Below, piece after piece: positions 14,391 to 29,735 of a DNA stretch of 64,000 nt. Both the position numbers and the translations under genes were made by a program. Source of the DNA: Eledone cirrhosa (lineage: Eukaryota); the NCBI GenBank assembly GCA_964016885.1, contig OZ024747.1:16120001-16184000 (forward strand), read 5' to 3'. The number at the start of each line of letters is the position of its first letter. Position 1 is the first letter of the stretch. The notes under the pieces are model-generated. The model was given only the letters and a program-made list of their open reading frames with translations. It had not been told where the DNA came from and did no database searches.

Positions 14391-14944
14391 GTATGGTTGA
14401 ATTCCTGGTACTTTGTCTTACAGAAATATGTTAAACACCTTTGATATACAATCACATAAAATTGGCCCAGATGTTACTATACAAAGCTGTCTTTTTAAAG
14501 TTGTTGTATTCCCCCAGTCCAATCCTGCTTATATAAGTTATAATAATTTTAATTTATTTTCTAAACACCTATTTAATAATGGGAACATTCGTTTTATCAC
14601 TAAATACCTCCAGATTATTGATTATTTTTAAATTATTTGGTTGTTTGGTTTGTTTGCTTGTTGTTTGGCTGGCAGTTTGCTTGGTTGGATATGAGGTAGG
14701 TTGGTTATTTGCCTGATTGTTTATTTAATTTAGCAGTAGCGTTGGTTGGCTGGAGGAATAACTGGTGGTTGGGTAATCGGATGGCTAATTGCTTGGCAAA
14801 GGTATGGTGAAGAATTCTGTAATAAAGTTCAGTTTAAGTGTATTCCAGTTCATCAGTGTCAAAATAATGGACCCAATTTATGGAATCCTTGCAGGACATA
14901 CACGTAAATGGAGAGCTGAAGAACGGGAATGTGAGTTGGCTGCT

Positions 14945-15325
14945 GATAATGGTGATGATGAGGATGATGATGATAATGATGATGATGATGATGATGATGA
15001 TGATAATGATGTTGATAATGAGGATAATGATGATGATGTTGATGATGCGGAGGAGAAGGGCATTTTTATGGATAGTCATTTTGAAAATGATAGAAAGCAA
15101 TATGATTAGAAGTATTCTACTAATAATGCCCAAATAGATGAAGTTGTACCTGTAACTATTGCCGCTGCTACAAATACTGATGGTGATGATGACGATGATG
15201 ATGATGATAATGATGTTGAAAATGATGATGATGATGATGATGCGGATGACATCGATGATCCTTATACTGAAAGTGATGTTCATAACGATGATTATTTCGG
15301 TAATAATGATAAAGATCATGGTGAT
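14945..15325 (+). repeat. Degenerate (GAT)n microsatellite
   Basis: Direct observation. Confidence 0.9.
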
Positions 15326-16478
15326 ATATTCAGTGAATAACTTTTGTTAGAATTTAAAATCTCAGCAGAATATTTTTCATCAGTCACATTCAGGTATTGA
15401 TGGAATCACTTATACCCTAACGATTGAAAATCATTGTTAATGTCACACTTGATCTGTTAAGATATTTTCCATAAGGTGGTTCAGTACTTTTGGTGTTTAC
15501 TTTTTGGTTATTCCAAATCTTTTCGTTTCTAAAATGATATAAATAAAACAATGACTATGATAAAAAAGAGTAAAAAACGTCGTATGGAATACCTGAGAGA
15601 AAAAAATCATAAAGAAGTAAAAGAAACTAAACAGAAAGAACATTAAAACATGTATCACAAGAGTGATAATGCATGTGTGCCGCTCACATAATCGATCCCT
15701 CTTCAACAATGAAACAGCTGGCTTGAACAGCTTTTATTGATGCTGTTGTTTTCCTGTTGTTTTCCTTCACAATACTTTCCTCTGGTATATAAACCATCCA
15801 GGATATGGCCATAGTGTTGTTAGCTGCAGAAAATAATATGTAAAAGGCGCCATCATTATATATGCGAACCTTCTCATTTGATAGCTTTATAATATACATC
15901 AGAATGATAGTTGTACTTGCTCGAAATTCTGTTTCAGGAGATGACTGTACTTATTATTTCCAGGCATAGCAATTTAAATGCTTTTATATACACAAAGTAT
16001 CCGTTTGTATTTGACTCATCACGCGCCCATTCAGGGGAGAGTAAATAAAAACAACTTAATTTCTTGTTCACATACGATAACATCTTCCGAAAAATTCTAT
16101 CATTTTCCCAAAAGTCTTTCCCACACATTTTCTGGGTAATGTTTACAAACGTTTTATAAAGAATTTTTCAAAATTTTATGCAATAGTTTAACGCAAAACC
16201 TCTTCAAAAATATTTCAGACATTTATTGAAATTATACGAAATATATTGCAAAATTTCCTAGAAAATTTCAAATATTCCATCAAAATTTACCCAAATAGCT
16301 TTTTAGTGGTTGATTTCTAATGGAATCTTTAAAAATATTTCACTGAAATTTCAAAAAACCTTCCATAAAACATCCTTGGTATGGTTTCGTCCAAGCTTCC
16401 TAACTATTTCTTTAAAAAAGTTTTATCAAACATTTCTTCAGAAAAAAAGTCTAATCATTGTATAAAAATCTTCTGAAA

Positions 16479-18171
16479 CACCGTGTAACATAAAAATTGT
16501 GTTTCTCTGTTCCTGGCTTGTAATCACTTTTTTTGTGTTGCTTAGGTCCCAAATAAATACAAAAGTTCTATTAAACAGTTAAAAGTTGGGGTTTGTAAAA
16601 ATGCTAAGCTATTCACTAGAATTCTTTGTATGCTGGATTTTACGTTGTATTTAAGTTTAATTTGGTTATGTTAAATGATTTGTTTATATATGTTTCAGTT
16701 TAAATTAAAATTATAAAATAAAGTGTAATACCTAAAGAAAATTATAAAAGTGCAGTAAAGTATAAAATTGTTAAAAAGTGGATTAAAGAGATTTAGTGAT
16801 ACTGGATTTTCGTACCCTGAATAAAAGGAAAGCATTCGTCTCCTGGATGAAGCAGTGGAACTTGGTCAAGGTGGACGCGCAGGTGACAGTCAGAGATGTC
16901 GACACGAACCTTTCTCAGGCTTTTACACTCTTGGGGATGGCCTCTGCTTCTGTCATGACGTGCCTGGACTGTTTGACGTTATTGGGGTGCCGTTTGCGTC
17001 CAAGCAGTGGCGGCTATTTATAGACAGCTCCGCCACAAGTATGAAGGCTGTCCTCCTCCACAATGGAAACACGTTTCCGACACTGACCCTAGCCCATTCA
17101 GTCTGCCCGAAGGAAGATTACTACTGTGTGAAAGTCCTCTTAGAAGCTCTGCAATACAACCAATACAATTGGAAAATCATTGGAGACTTCAAGATGGTGG
17201 CCTTCCTGCTTGGACTTCAAGGAGGATGTATCAAATTCCAATGCTTCCTCTGCCTTTGGGACAGAAGAGTCATGCATCACCACTACAGAAGAAAGATCTG
17301 GGAGCAACGAGCAGAATTTGTAGTTGAGACTCGGAACGTCATGTGGGAGCCACTCGTTGATCCTAGCATTGTGCTCATGCCGCTACTGCACATTAAGTTG
17401 GGGCTGATGAAGCAGTTTGTGAACGCTCTCAACTAAGAATCAGCCGCTTTTAAGTACCTTCTTGAGTTCTTCCCCAAGTTATCTGAGGCCAAAATCAGAG
17501 GTGGAATTTTTGTTGGACCTCAGATATAGCAGGTGTTTGAGTCTACCGAGTTCTCCAATAAGCTCAATAGGATTGAGAGAACAGCATGGAACTGTTTCAA
17601 GGCAGTTGTTAAGGGCTTCCTGGGCAACTACAGAGCTGAAAACTACCAGCAACTGGTGCAGGATCTGATAAAGGCTTTTGGCATCATGGGATGCAGTACG
17701 TCGCTTAAACTCCAGATGATGAACGCTCATCTGGAAAAATTGGGCGCCTACTCAGAAGAACAAGGCGAACGATTCGACCAAGGTGTGAAAGAGATAGACC
17801 GGAGGTACCAGGGCCACTACAATGAAAAAATGATGGGGGGGGGGGCTATATCTGGGGGCTAGTGCAGGAATGCGACCTGGACTACAACCGCAAATCCAGG
17901 AAATCCAGTCATTTCTGACGTGTATAAGTTGCTTTATAAGTGTTATTTGTTTTTACTTGTTTACTTTTGATAAGCTTGTGTAATAAAATAAATATATACT
18001 CTGTTGATTTAATTATATGAACTGATAAATTTTCAAAAAGTGTGTTTTTTCTTGAAAAATATGAAAATTTCGAAATATCAAACTCCTGACAACAAATACT
18101 GTTTTCTTAATGGGATATAAGAAATCAGGAAATGATACTTAGAACCGGGGAACAAATCATTTGTTACAGTG
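16479..18171 (+). mobile_element. Chapaev3-like DNA transposon, internally deleted, 3-bp target-site duplication (TSD) AAA
   Basis: aaa-CACCGTGTAACA...TGTTACAGTG-aaa; transposase remnants 16855-17862 with in-frame stops. Confidence 0.88.
16800..17918 (+). pseudogene. Chapaev3-like DDE transposase remnant
   Basis: WRLFIDSS, IIGDFK, CFLCLWD, LHIKLGLMKQFV, LGAYSEEQGERFDQ, RYQG; premature stops; N-terminal zinc finger absent. Confidence 0.85.
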
Positions 18172-19618
18172 AAATCAGCATTGAAAATATCATTCCATCA
18201 AATCATTCCATCAAATATTTCCTAAAGAATCTTTTCATAATCATCCGAAAAATGACATTAGAGTTACATCAATAATATCATAAACAATTTCCAAAATAGT
18301 TCCTCAAAATATTTATCTAACATGAAACGTCACACTCTGAAATGATAAAACAATAGATTTAACTTGGTGAAATTTTAACCAAAGAAAAAGAAAATCATAA
18401 TTAGATATTTCAAGATTATTTAGTCCACTCATCTGCCCTTTTCATATGCGGTATTTTTATTCGGACAATTTATACATAACTTCATATATAAATATAACAC
18501 TGTAAAGCAACTAACCGCCATCATTCTGCAAATAAAGATATCTAATTGAGACACAAGATTATATATAAGATTTACAATTATTTGACTAGTCCTCGTTTTA
18601 TATTCTCTGAGATAAGAAAGGACTGCTCCTATCATTTCTGAAATGAGAACGTATAAGTGGCAGAGCAATGCATTGTAAAATATATTGTTTGGCATATCAT
18701 TGTTTCTGCTCGCTAACATTCATTTTGTAATAATATTAAACATTAATATGTATATATAGGTACTAGCCCTTAAGGTTTGTAGGGAGATGCTACTCTATAA
18801 ATTCCGCATTTACTCAAATTCTGTATTTGACTAAAATCTAATATTAACGAGCACGGAATGTTGATACATTCAATCTGGATGGGATTTGAACATATATTGT
18901 AAAGGTCGATAACTAAATACTGCAAAGAAGATGTAACCATTCTGATATAGTTGGAGCCCTGAAATATTCTCTGGAGCGATGATTCGGGATGATTTAATTG
19001 ACTTCAGTGCATCAGTAGTAATTTATTTAATGACCCCCACCTGAATGAAAGGCAACATTCGATATCTGACATAAAAGAGACCAAACTAAACAAAAAAATT
19101 AATTCGTGAACACACTCAGCCAAATAGCTTCACCGCATTCTCTCTCTAAATAATATTTATAAAACAAAACATGTTAAAATAGTAAACAAATATGAATACA
19201 TAAAATATAATAAAACAATCATTCATTTTACTGATCTTAGTTTTTTCGTTGATTCAATTTCTAATGAAGATAATTAAAATTAATTTTACAAGGACAGTGA
19301 TTCTCATTTTTCAATAATTATTTTACGTTTGGTTTTTACTCATTTTGGTTTTCATGATTTTTTTTCATTTTTGTTTATTCATAAATAACCCAGGATAAAT
19401 GATGGAATAACCTTGAAGAAGTTCATAGCGAGGTTATTTAACCGAGAAGTATAAACATAACTCAATGTCATCTGTATAGGGAAATATATATCTGATAAAA
19501 TTAATATATATCTGATAAAATTAATATATATCTGATAAAATTAAAGGGCATTCAGAGACACAAATACACAGAATTATACACATATGAACACAAACTGAGA
19601 TGCAAACATGTATATATG

Positions 19619-19689
<71 letters not shown>

Positions 19690-19808
19690 ACATATGTATA
19701 CACACTAGCACATTCCCTAACAGACGTTTAAAGACATACGAAAACATACACAAAGATATACACATATATACCTAGCCTCTACACGCATGTACACTTACAC
19801 AATCACGC

Positions 19809-19839
<31 letters not shown>

Positions 19840-19893
19840 TATATACATATATATATATATATAAAGAGAGAGAGAGATAGTGAGAGAGAATGT

Positions 19894-20018
<125 letters not shown>

Positions 20019-20594
20019 GCAATCACATATGCACATATATATCTACACAAAATCAAATAAGCATACACTAACTTGTCATATACAATCTTCACGTATTTAC
20101 AATAAATGATGACAGTTATGATGATGATGATGATGACGACAATGACGACGACGACTACGACGATGATGATGATGATAAGAAGAAGAAATATTTATAAGCA
20201 TTTTAAAATACTTAGGCACATAATAGGCACGCGCTTATAACACAGGTTCAGACACTTATGTTCCACATGTGCTCGCCAACATTTACAGATACGCAGTCAT
20301 ACATTAAATAATGTGTTTCAGCCGAAACATTATTTAGATTTTGCGAAGAGAACTATTTTCAGACATTCACTTGTCAACAATAAATAATATCTAACAACAT
20401 GCCTTTAAACTGTCAAAATATTAGATTAATGTAACATTCAATTTCCTGTTCCAAACAAATGGCATGGGTTTATACGTGTTGGGTATAACTTATCTTGAAA
20501 TAAACAGAATATAATAAAACGAGGAGTGTGGGATTGTGTCCTGAATATATTTTTTTATCCCGTTAGTAAAATAAGTTGGATTACTTTGAATAAA

Positions 20595-20760
20595 TAATTG
20601 TTTCTACTTTTGGCACAAGTTCAGAAATTATACCAGTGTATTACTGGTACTTTATTTTATTGACCCCGTAAGGATGAAAGGCAAAGCTAACCTCGACGTG
20701 ATTTGAACTCAGATCATAAAGGACCGTAAGTCTATGCTGCAAAGCATGTCGTCCGACCCT
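20595..20760 (-). mobile_element. SINE
   Basis: Reverse complement of the 6585-6762 family. Confidence 0.85.
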
Positions 20761-21761
20761 TACATAGTTCATGTACTAAATTTCGTAGCTGTTGATTAAA
20801 CATAAATATTCTTATATATAATGATTGTTATTTCAAGATTCACTTCATTTAACATTTTGAAATGTCTACACTTCCGGTGAGCGTCCGTACGCTATATCAC
20901 ATCGCTTATATAACCGTTCATATATTTGCATCGTTATATAACGTGTATATTTCCGTCAATAATTTTCTCCTTTTTCGTTATCACTACATTTCACCGTAAT
21001 GCAGTTTAATATAATATCGTCTTTTTTAATTATATCATGGATTACTTTACTGATTACATAAGAGAGTGTAACACAGTCTCTCTTCAATTTCTATGCATAA
21101 TATCAATTACGATTTTATTTGATGTATCATATCTACATGCATGTATATTTGCATATAATATCAATATGCATAATACACATGCTAGTTATATTAAGGGCAG
21201 TTATTTTATAAACCAACGAATATTACAATGTCAACTCTAGAAGAATTTTAGCTAAAAACAAATTACAGTAATTTCGTTAAATACTGCAACGTATTCGGTT
21301 TATGATGCTCTAGTGTTTCTGTATTCATACGTTCTTGTTTTATACTTAATAATAACAGCATGAAGACATTTATATAACTGATGTACGCAATACGTTTGCT
21401 TCATTGCATCCACTCCATATAGTTATACGCCTGACTGTACCACTCCTATTAATTAAACAGAGGATATGCTTGGTTTATTTTGAAAATCAGGAATTTTTGG
21501 TCCTCTCTAGAATTCACTTTTACCCTAACCAGATATACATAAAATTGTTTGAGATCTCTAATAACATTTACATGCTTTCTCAATCTGCTTGAAATAGCAG
21601 GTGAGATCATCCTTATATCACGTTATATTTTCTGTAAAAATAACAATGTCATATTCAAATTTGCAGTCTGATATAAAGCTATGTCAGAAAGCAGAGGATG
21701 GTCACGACTAGATTTACTGTGGCCATTGATCTGCTCCATACCTAACAAGTATACCAGACTA

Positions 21762-21952
21762 ATAATTGTTTTTATTTTTGGCACAAAGCCAGCAATTATA
21801 TCAGTGAATTACTGGTACTTTATTTTATCGACCCCGTAAGGATGAAAGGCAAAGTTAACCTCGGCGGGATTTGAACTCAGGCCGCAAAGGGACGTAACTA
21901 TGCTGGAAAGTATGGCGTCCGACCCTCTACCGATACTGCCAATTCACCGCCC
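21762..21952 (-). mobile_element. SINE, near full length
   Basis: Head gggcggtgaattggcagtatcgg, B-box, core and tail present. Confidence 0.88.
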
Positions 21953-22671
21953 TTTCAATTTCATATATAATTAATATCACTCAGTCTATGCTTCGTGAAA
22001 ATGTGGGTATATATTTGATTTTCAACATCAGAAATAACCACATCATAAAAACAGAGAAACATTCACCCAGCAAAATAATTAGATATGTCACGACCAGAAG
22101 AAAATTACAGCACCAATTACAGAACGAAAAGAGTGTAAATGAGCTTGGACAATTCTAATATTTCTTTTCTGACCTCATTTGAACTTTGCCAATCTCAGTT
22201 ACCTCCTGCTATAAATTTTACTAACACATATCATTGCTATATTTTTTATATTAAATACAGCATAACAGATAATAGCCCCATAGCCATACACTAAAAAGAA
22301 AAAAAGATACAAATGTAAAGTATAAATCTGGCAATAATTTGTTTTTCACATAAATAATAAAATACAGATAATTAACATCATAAACTATATCGTGTCACAA
22401 TAACAATTTCATGTAACACAACCACATCCCAACATCAAGTAAACACAATTTACAAGCAGTTTTCCAAGATTAATTAAAACAAAACAAAACACAACAGCAC
22501 AAAGATAGCAACAGGAAAGACGCATGGTTACGCATCCATTCTAGACACTGACCTCATGTCAACCCATCCTCACTTCAAAAACTTGAAAATCAATAGGAAA
22601 ATCAACAGATCCAAAAGTCTCATAAATCATATATTTGACAAGAGACTACATAACAACTAGATATAAAAATA

Positions 22672-22888
22672 ATGGTTTCTTATATATGCACAAGGCCAGT
22701 AATTTTTGGGGAGGGGGAAGTCTATTAAATTGACCCCAGTGCGTGACTGGTACTTTATTTTATCGAACCCGTAAGGATGAAAGGCAACGTTAACCTCGGC
22801 AGGATTTGAACTTAGATCATAAACGGCCGTAACTCGTGCTGCAAAGCATGGCGTCCAACCCTCTACTGATACTGCCAATCCACCGCCA
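22672..22888 (-). mobile_element. SINE, long variant with an extra ~30-bp internal segment
   Basis: Same family plus ggggtcaatttaatagacttcccctcccc. Confidence 0.88.
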
Positions 22889-23104
22889 CTAGATATAAAA
22901 TAATGCACAGTAAAAGGTCATACAAGTTAGCAATATATGTATTTTTAGGAGTATTTAGTAATTTAAATTGTACGAGTAATTTACTGAAGTCATTGCAGCA
23001 TTAGATGTAGTTAAGAGTGAGTGATATATCCTGAATCAGCTCAGATACTATGACGTGAGGTTAGAATGTCTCAGGAAACACACGCACACACAAACACACA
23101 CACC

Positions 23105-23201
<97 letters not shown>

Positions 23202-24014
23202 GTATATACGCACAGACACGTATATAAATATGTATTTATAAAATTAAAACTAGTTTAAGAATGGCAAATACATGCTAGTGAAATAAATAAAAGAAAATAA
23301 TCAAGATGGAAATAAATAGAATTTATCAAAATAGGACAAGAATTTGTATATATCCTTATAAAGATATTGCTGGAAGCTTAGGAACAACACATACACACAC
23401 ACCCACCCAGTCAAAGACATACACATGCACACACACACATAGTCGTAGACTCTCCAACAGAAATCAAATATAGAAAATTGATTATAAATAATTGTACAAA
23501 TAAATTAGACAAACCAAGTAAAGCAATACGTTCAATATACAGTTGAAGTTAGGAAAATAAAATAGTGTGGGGAAAGTAATATCAACAAAATACCAAATAA
23601 ATAAAACTAGCAACACTAATGTTATACCCAACAATAATAAAACGCACAAATATTCAGAAATCCAGACATTGTAGCCATCAAATATATATAGCAATATCTA
23701 TATTTGCTTCAGCGAATATATAGAATAAAACATTACTTCCAACTACCATGATCACTGCTACTAAAAACAAGGAGGATGAAGTAGTAAACAACTGAAGGAT
23801 GTGACGCATTTAAATACCTTTCTGAGTTATAGTGTAATATGACATGTTTAACAGAAGGAAAGATATCAATCATGAAGAATAAAATGTAGAAAGTCCGCAT
23901 GTAAGAAAAACTGTCTGTATGAGGACACATGATCTTTCCATATAAACAGATATAAAACTATGCATATATATATATTTAGATGCAGCATATATATATATTT
24001 AAATATATATATAT

Positions 24015-24617
24015 AGGAAAAAAAAGTATGACTCCGACGGCAGAGTTCAAGCCGTTTCGACGGCTATTTCTGGACTAAATTAGAATTTTTAGCCTGGTGA
24101 ATAAATAGCCGAATTTGTCAAGGGGTACTTCCTTATATAGGAGGATTGTAGTTGTCAAGGGGATTGGTCAGAATTTGTTATAAACACAAATAAGTCTATC
24201 ATGGCATTTGGTGGGCGTTAGGGGTGGCTTAACTTGCCTGTAGAACAATGAGGGAGTGAGTGGAGCCGGTCAAGCGTTGAAAGTAATATGTATACAGTAG
24301 ATTCTAAGAATAGTGTATGAAAAGTCGAAAAATTGTTCTGGAAAAAATGGAGGAGGGAAGTTATAGAATAGATAATTCGAATAAGAGTAGGAGACCATCA
24401 AAAATAATAGAAAGAAATATAAAAAAATATATAAAATTAGTGAGAACATGAATAAAGGAAAACAAAAACAGTAGGGTCTAGAAACAGCTGCTATGATTGT
24501 TAGGTGTTGCTTGTACGGCCAAAGCTATAGAAAAGGTTAATAAGTTGAGAATAGAAAATACTAAATAAGAAATTGTAGAAGTGGGCAGTTTTCTCTATCC
24601 TTACCACAATTCCTTCG

Positions 24618-24620
<3 letters not shown>
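24015..24620 (-). mobile_element. Family C PLE copy with long UTR and a short oppositely oriented tail end
   Basis: 24015-24075 matches the family C arm; 24598-24620 matches the tail end ccttaccacaa.tccttcgtta on +; bounded by (TA)n. Confidence 0.75.
24031..24126 (-). ncRNA. Type I hammerhead, U3-A8 core, GUC site
   Basis: acccc-TTGACAA-(cggctattt..aaatagccg)-GAA-acggc-loop-gccgt-C-ggagt; other copies have ggggt; base of stem II mismatched. Confidence 0.65.
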
Positions 24621-24666
<46 letters not shown>

Positions 24667-24673
<7 letters not shown>

Positions 24674-25028
24674 AAAAAGAGATGAAATCGAAAATGCAAC
24701 TGAAGTCTTATTTTTTTTTTAAATATATATATTTATTTGGTTCCTTTACCGGTTTCGCAGTTCTTCTGCTTTTCAAAAGGTGAGTTGAGATGGAGGGTCT
24801 GTGGTTTTTCTCACAGATGTGAGAAAAACCACAGACCCTCCATCTCAACTCACCTTTTGAAAAGCAGAAGAACTGCGAAACCGGTAAAGGAACCAAATAA
24901 ATATATATATTTAAAAAAAAAATAAGACTTCAGTTGCATTTTCGATTTCATCTCTTTTTCTTTATACTTTCACTCGTGTAGGACACCTCGGTTATTTTTC
25001 ATTTTGTAAAAAAAACCTCATTTTCTAA
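24667..25028 (+). mobile_element. Family A fold-back element: 300-bp palindrome (24667-24966) plus tail
   Basis: Mirror-image ORFs; centre 24816/17; flanked by (TA)n. Confidence 0.9.
24853..24890 (+). ncRNA. Minimal type I hammerhead, U3-A8 core (mirror copy 24743-24780 on minus)
   Basis: cctt-TTGAAAA-gcag-aagaa-ctgc-GAAA-ccgg-TA-aagg; self-complementary helix III accggt. Confidence 0.8.
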
Positions 25029-25671
25029 TATATATATATGTATATAGATATTTTACACACTTCCACAAATATATACACATACACACATAGGCACGCATAA
25101 GAACGTACCACATTTCAATCTTATTACACTACTTGAATCTGGATTTATCTACTGAGAGTAAGTTGTTGAAGTAGGCTAATAGTTACAAGCAGAGATATTT
25201 AAAAATGATAACTTGATGCTTTAGAATGTAACATGTAAACGCCCAACATAACTCTTTTCAAAAAACAACTTCTTTGTGGAATTTTCTGAAATGTTGGGAT
25301 TTTGTGGACTGGCTTCAAAATATTTTCTGTAATTATGTAAACAGATCAATTTCAAAACATGCAACTATTTGTTCCTAATTATATTTCATTTACTACAGTG
25401 GCTTTCATTCCCACGATTACTTAAATTTTAAAAGCCTTGTGATTGACAGAAATCCAGTTATTCTACCTTCTATAATTAAATCACTTCCTCTGCCCAATTA
25501 TACACGTTCAGTTCAGAAACAGTGCATTGTTCTCCAAGGAAACAATGTTAAACCTAATAGAAGATAATCTCTATATATAATAAATATGCCTATACTCTGA
25601 CAACGTTTTGATTAACTCTTTTGACTGTAGTAACCACTTATAAATCTAAATATAATACATTCACTAACATA

Positions 25672-25735
<64 letters not shown>

Positions 25736-25875
25736 TCCTAATAACTTATTTTGGTTATTATTGCACCGAAGTGAGATATATGATTTTTAATGCAATGAAA
25801 TATCTATGATCTTCGGCAAATCACTGATGAGGGACTTATTTTATTACATGTTATCCATGTGCTACCTGCAGTATT

Positions 25876-25922
<47 letters not shown>

Positions 25923-26435
25923 TTAGTATACATTCTATAATATTGAATCATAAATCACGATTCATAATATTCCGTTTTTATATAACACACTTTCCTCCCT
26001 ATTCTGTCGAGTAACCGTTTCATCACCGTCCTCCAGGCTTATGTTGCAAACATCTTTTATATTATAAACTAGAATGTGTTCCAAACAATACATGCGTTTG
26101 TGTTTGAATGTGGATTAATGTAAGTGTCTGTGTGTGCACGTGCTGGTAAGTGCAATTCATGTGTATAACTGATGCATATATGCACATTAAAGAGTAAATA
26201 TGTATATTCGGAAAGCAAACATGAAATGAAATCACAAATTATATGTTGAAATATATAGAAATCAATAAAGGTAATAAATGGAGGTGAGATTTGTAGATAG
26301 ATGGTGTCGATTTCTTGCTAAAATTTTGAGTAAATAGAAAATATCCACATGATAGATAAACGACAATTTGTTAAATTATTTTTACAGTATGCTATGAATC
26401 TTACTGGAATCAACCAGTTAGAAAGACAATAACAT

Positions 26436-26615
26436 AATTATTTCTACTTTTGGCACAAGGCCAGCAATTACCCAGTGTATTATTGGTACTTTATTTTATC
26501 GACCCCATAAGGATGAAAGGCAAAGTTAACCTCAGCGGGATTTGAACTCAGAATGGCAAGGGTCGTAACTCTATGCGTCAAAGCATGGCGTCCGACTCTC
26601 TACCGATACTGCCAA
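26436..26615 (-). mobile_element. SINE
   Basis: Same family as 6585-6762. Confidence 0.85.
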
Positions 26616-27819
26616 TATATTTGTATATTTTTCTTGTTTTCAAATACGTTCGTGTTAATGAGAAAATCACATATATTGCAGTATATTTAATTTAATAACA
26701 ATAATAAGTTTGAAATGCATAAAAGCCCAAACAATGCATAAAACTAATGTATGAAGCAATACGACAAAATGTATAGTTTAATATAGGGTGTGTTAACTCA
26801 AGTGCTACCTTGATCTAGCACATTTACGATTAAAATTATGTATCTCTTAGCGACTCCTCAATTTTTAGACTCATTATTTCTTTAGCAATTGTAATATTTA
26901 TTAAATACGAAAGGGCGGCCTGGCAGAATATTTGTAACGTCAGATAAAATGCAATTCTGATATTAGTTATGACTAAATTAGACATCAAATAATATCGTAC
27001 TGACCGGGGGCAAATTTTTCCAGTCTGTAAGGGGACTTTACTCGATTTTTAGGCTCAGTTATAACAACCAACTATATGTACAGGCATTTTCTGGCGTGAA
27101 CAGAATATGTATATGGGAAGATGTCCATATATTTATAGTTCAGACGTATAATCAATTGAATGAATTACCAACACATGCATGTAGAAGGAAGATTAATTGT
27201 CTCCTGTGATTAATGAGATTAATAAACCCGTTGCGCCTTGGTACCCCTTTCTTTTCTTTCAATCACTCTTATATATTTGCTCCTGTGCATATTATCTGAT
27301 CAAACCTATCCCGCACGTTAAGTAATATTGTATTTCCCCGTTGAAGCGCTATACGGAAAATGTGAGTTTTCTTGTCATTCTAAGCCAAAACAATTCACCC
27401 AAATTATGAAGTTACCAAATATGTGTTTCCAGACAGACTACCAGAAGAATCCTTGTTCTCCGCATTTGTATTTATAGTTCTTCACTCTATGACATATAAA
27501 TTATATGTACTATATTTTGTTTGGGAAATTTTCTAATAATTTAGTGTTATAAATGTCGTGGATATATATTTATGATACGCCACGGCAGTTTACGCTCCAT
27601 ATGTTTTGTTTGTGCAGAAACCATTTATACGGGGTTTTTTAAAAACATTTTGTCACAAAGGGAGCATAACGCTTCATTATTTGCCCTAAAGAAGGGATTC
27701 CTCCATAATATTTTGAAATTAACATCCCGCAATTGAAATCAACACAACCAAAACAACAACACCAGTACAAAGCAAAACAATAAAAAAATAACAACAATAG
27801 TACTAGTGCCAGTAGTATT

Positions 27820-27821
27820 AC

Positions 27822-27869
<48 letters not shown>

Positions 27870-27924
27870 CAGGAGCAGCAACAACAGCAGAAGCAGCAGC
27901 GGCAGAAGCAGCAGCAGAAGCAGC

Positions 27925-27959
<35 letters not shown>

Positions 27960-27960
27960 C
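27820..27960 (+). repeat. (TAG)n/(CAG)n microsatellite
   Basis: Direct observation; similar tracts at 39280-39465 (minus) and 50083-50240. Confidence 0.95.
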
Positions 27961-28081
27961 AATAGCTGTAGTATTGGTAGTGGTGATTTTTGTACTCGCT
28001 CGCTGTTGTACTAGCTAACTGGCTGACGGGAGAAAAATCATCAAAATAAATGTAATTGTTATTCTTCAGTAATACATACCA

Positions 28082-28137
<56 letters not shown>

Positions 28138-28142
28138 AGACA

Positions 28143-28208
<66 letters not shown>

Positions 28209-28260
28209 TACACACACACACACACACACACACATACACATACATATATATATATATATA

Positions 28261-28300
<40 letters not shown>

Positions 28301-28625
28301 AACACATGCATGTATACATACATACTTACATACCTACATAGAGAAACACATACATCGGCAAGTCACTATTGATTATAAAGTCAACTAATACTCTCTAGAT
28401 TTCTTAATATAAAGTACTAAAGAAAATGTTATTATCAGTTTTGGCGAGCCTCAGACAATATCTCTGAATATGTAAATCATACTTACTTGATGTCAAAGAT
28501 GTTTTAGAATCTGATGTAAACATTTCCCATTTATTTATTTGCTTCTCATCTCAACATCGTCTATATGTTGTATTTTACGTCTCAACGATTCCATGATGTT
28601 TATTTTATCTAATTAACTTACTAAT

Positions 28626-29222
<597 letters not shown>

Positions 29223-29735
29223 TGTGTGTGTGTGGGATGTTTGTATACGGAACATTTAGCCGTAAGCCAGGTTTGCTTATTCATAAAAAAAATATGTCTG
29301 TTGTTTATCGCTGAATATTCTTAACTTTGCTTTTATCTTTAATATAATTTTGAATCGGATCATTCAAAATAATATAGATTAAAAAATATATTTAAAATCT
29401 CCCATGGAACGAAAATATTTTTCATTATTCTAATCGGATACTTGAAGACCTTTCTTTGATGAAGACATACACCCACACAGACACATACACACACGCACAC
29501 AAACACACAGAGACACGAACATACACACGCAGAGGCACAGATACATTCAAACAAGTCGATCCTCAAAATATGTTATTGTCATTGTCTAATAAATTACATA
29601 TTGATATGGATAAATGTTTATTCTCGAGAATCAATCCTCTATTTCTTTGAAGAATATATATCAATAAAAGAAATATGCATATTTTGCGGAATATGTGTAT
29701 ATATATATATATATATAATTATTATTATTATTATT

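Noticed and set aside
14789-15109. Acidic D/E-rich ORF
   Set aside because: Explained by the (GAT)n repeat; no domain or splice support
24708-24925. Near-identical ORFs on both strands (also 35302-35528)
   Set aside because: A by-product of DNA palindromes, not genes
25824-25830. Isolated CTGATGA
   Set aside because: No stem II or GAAA downstream
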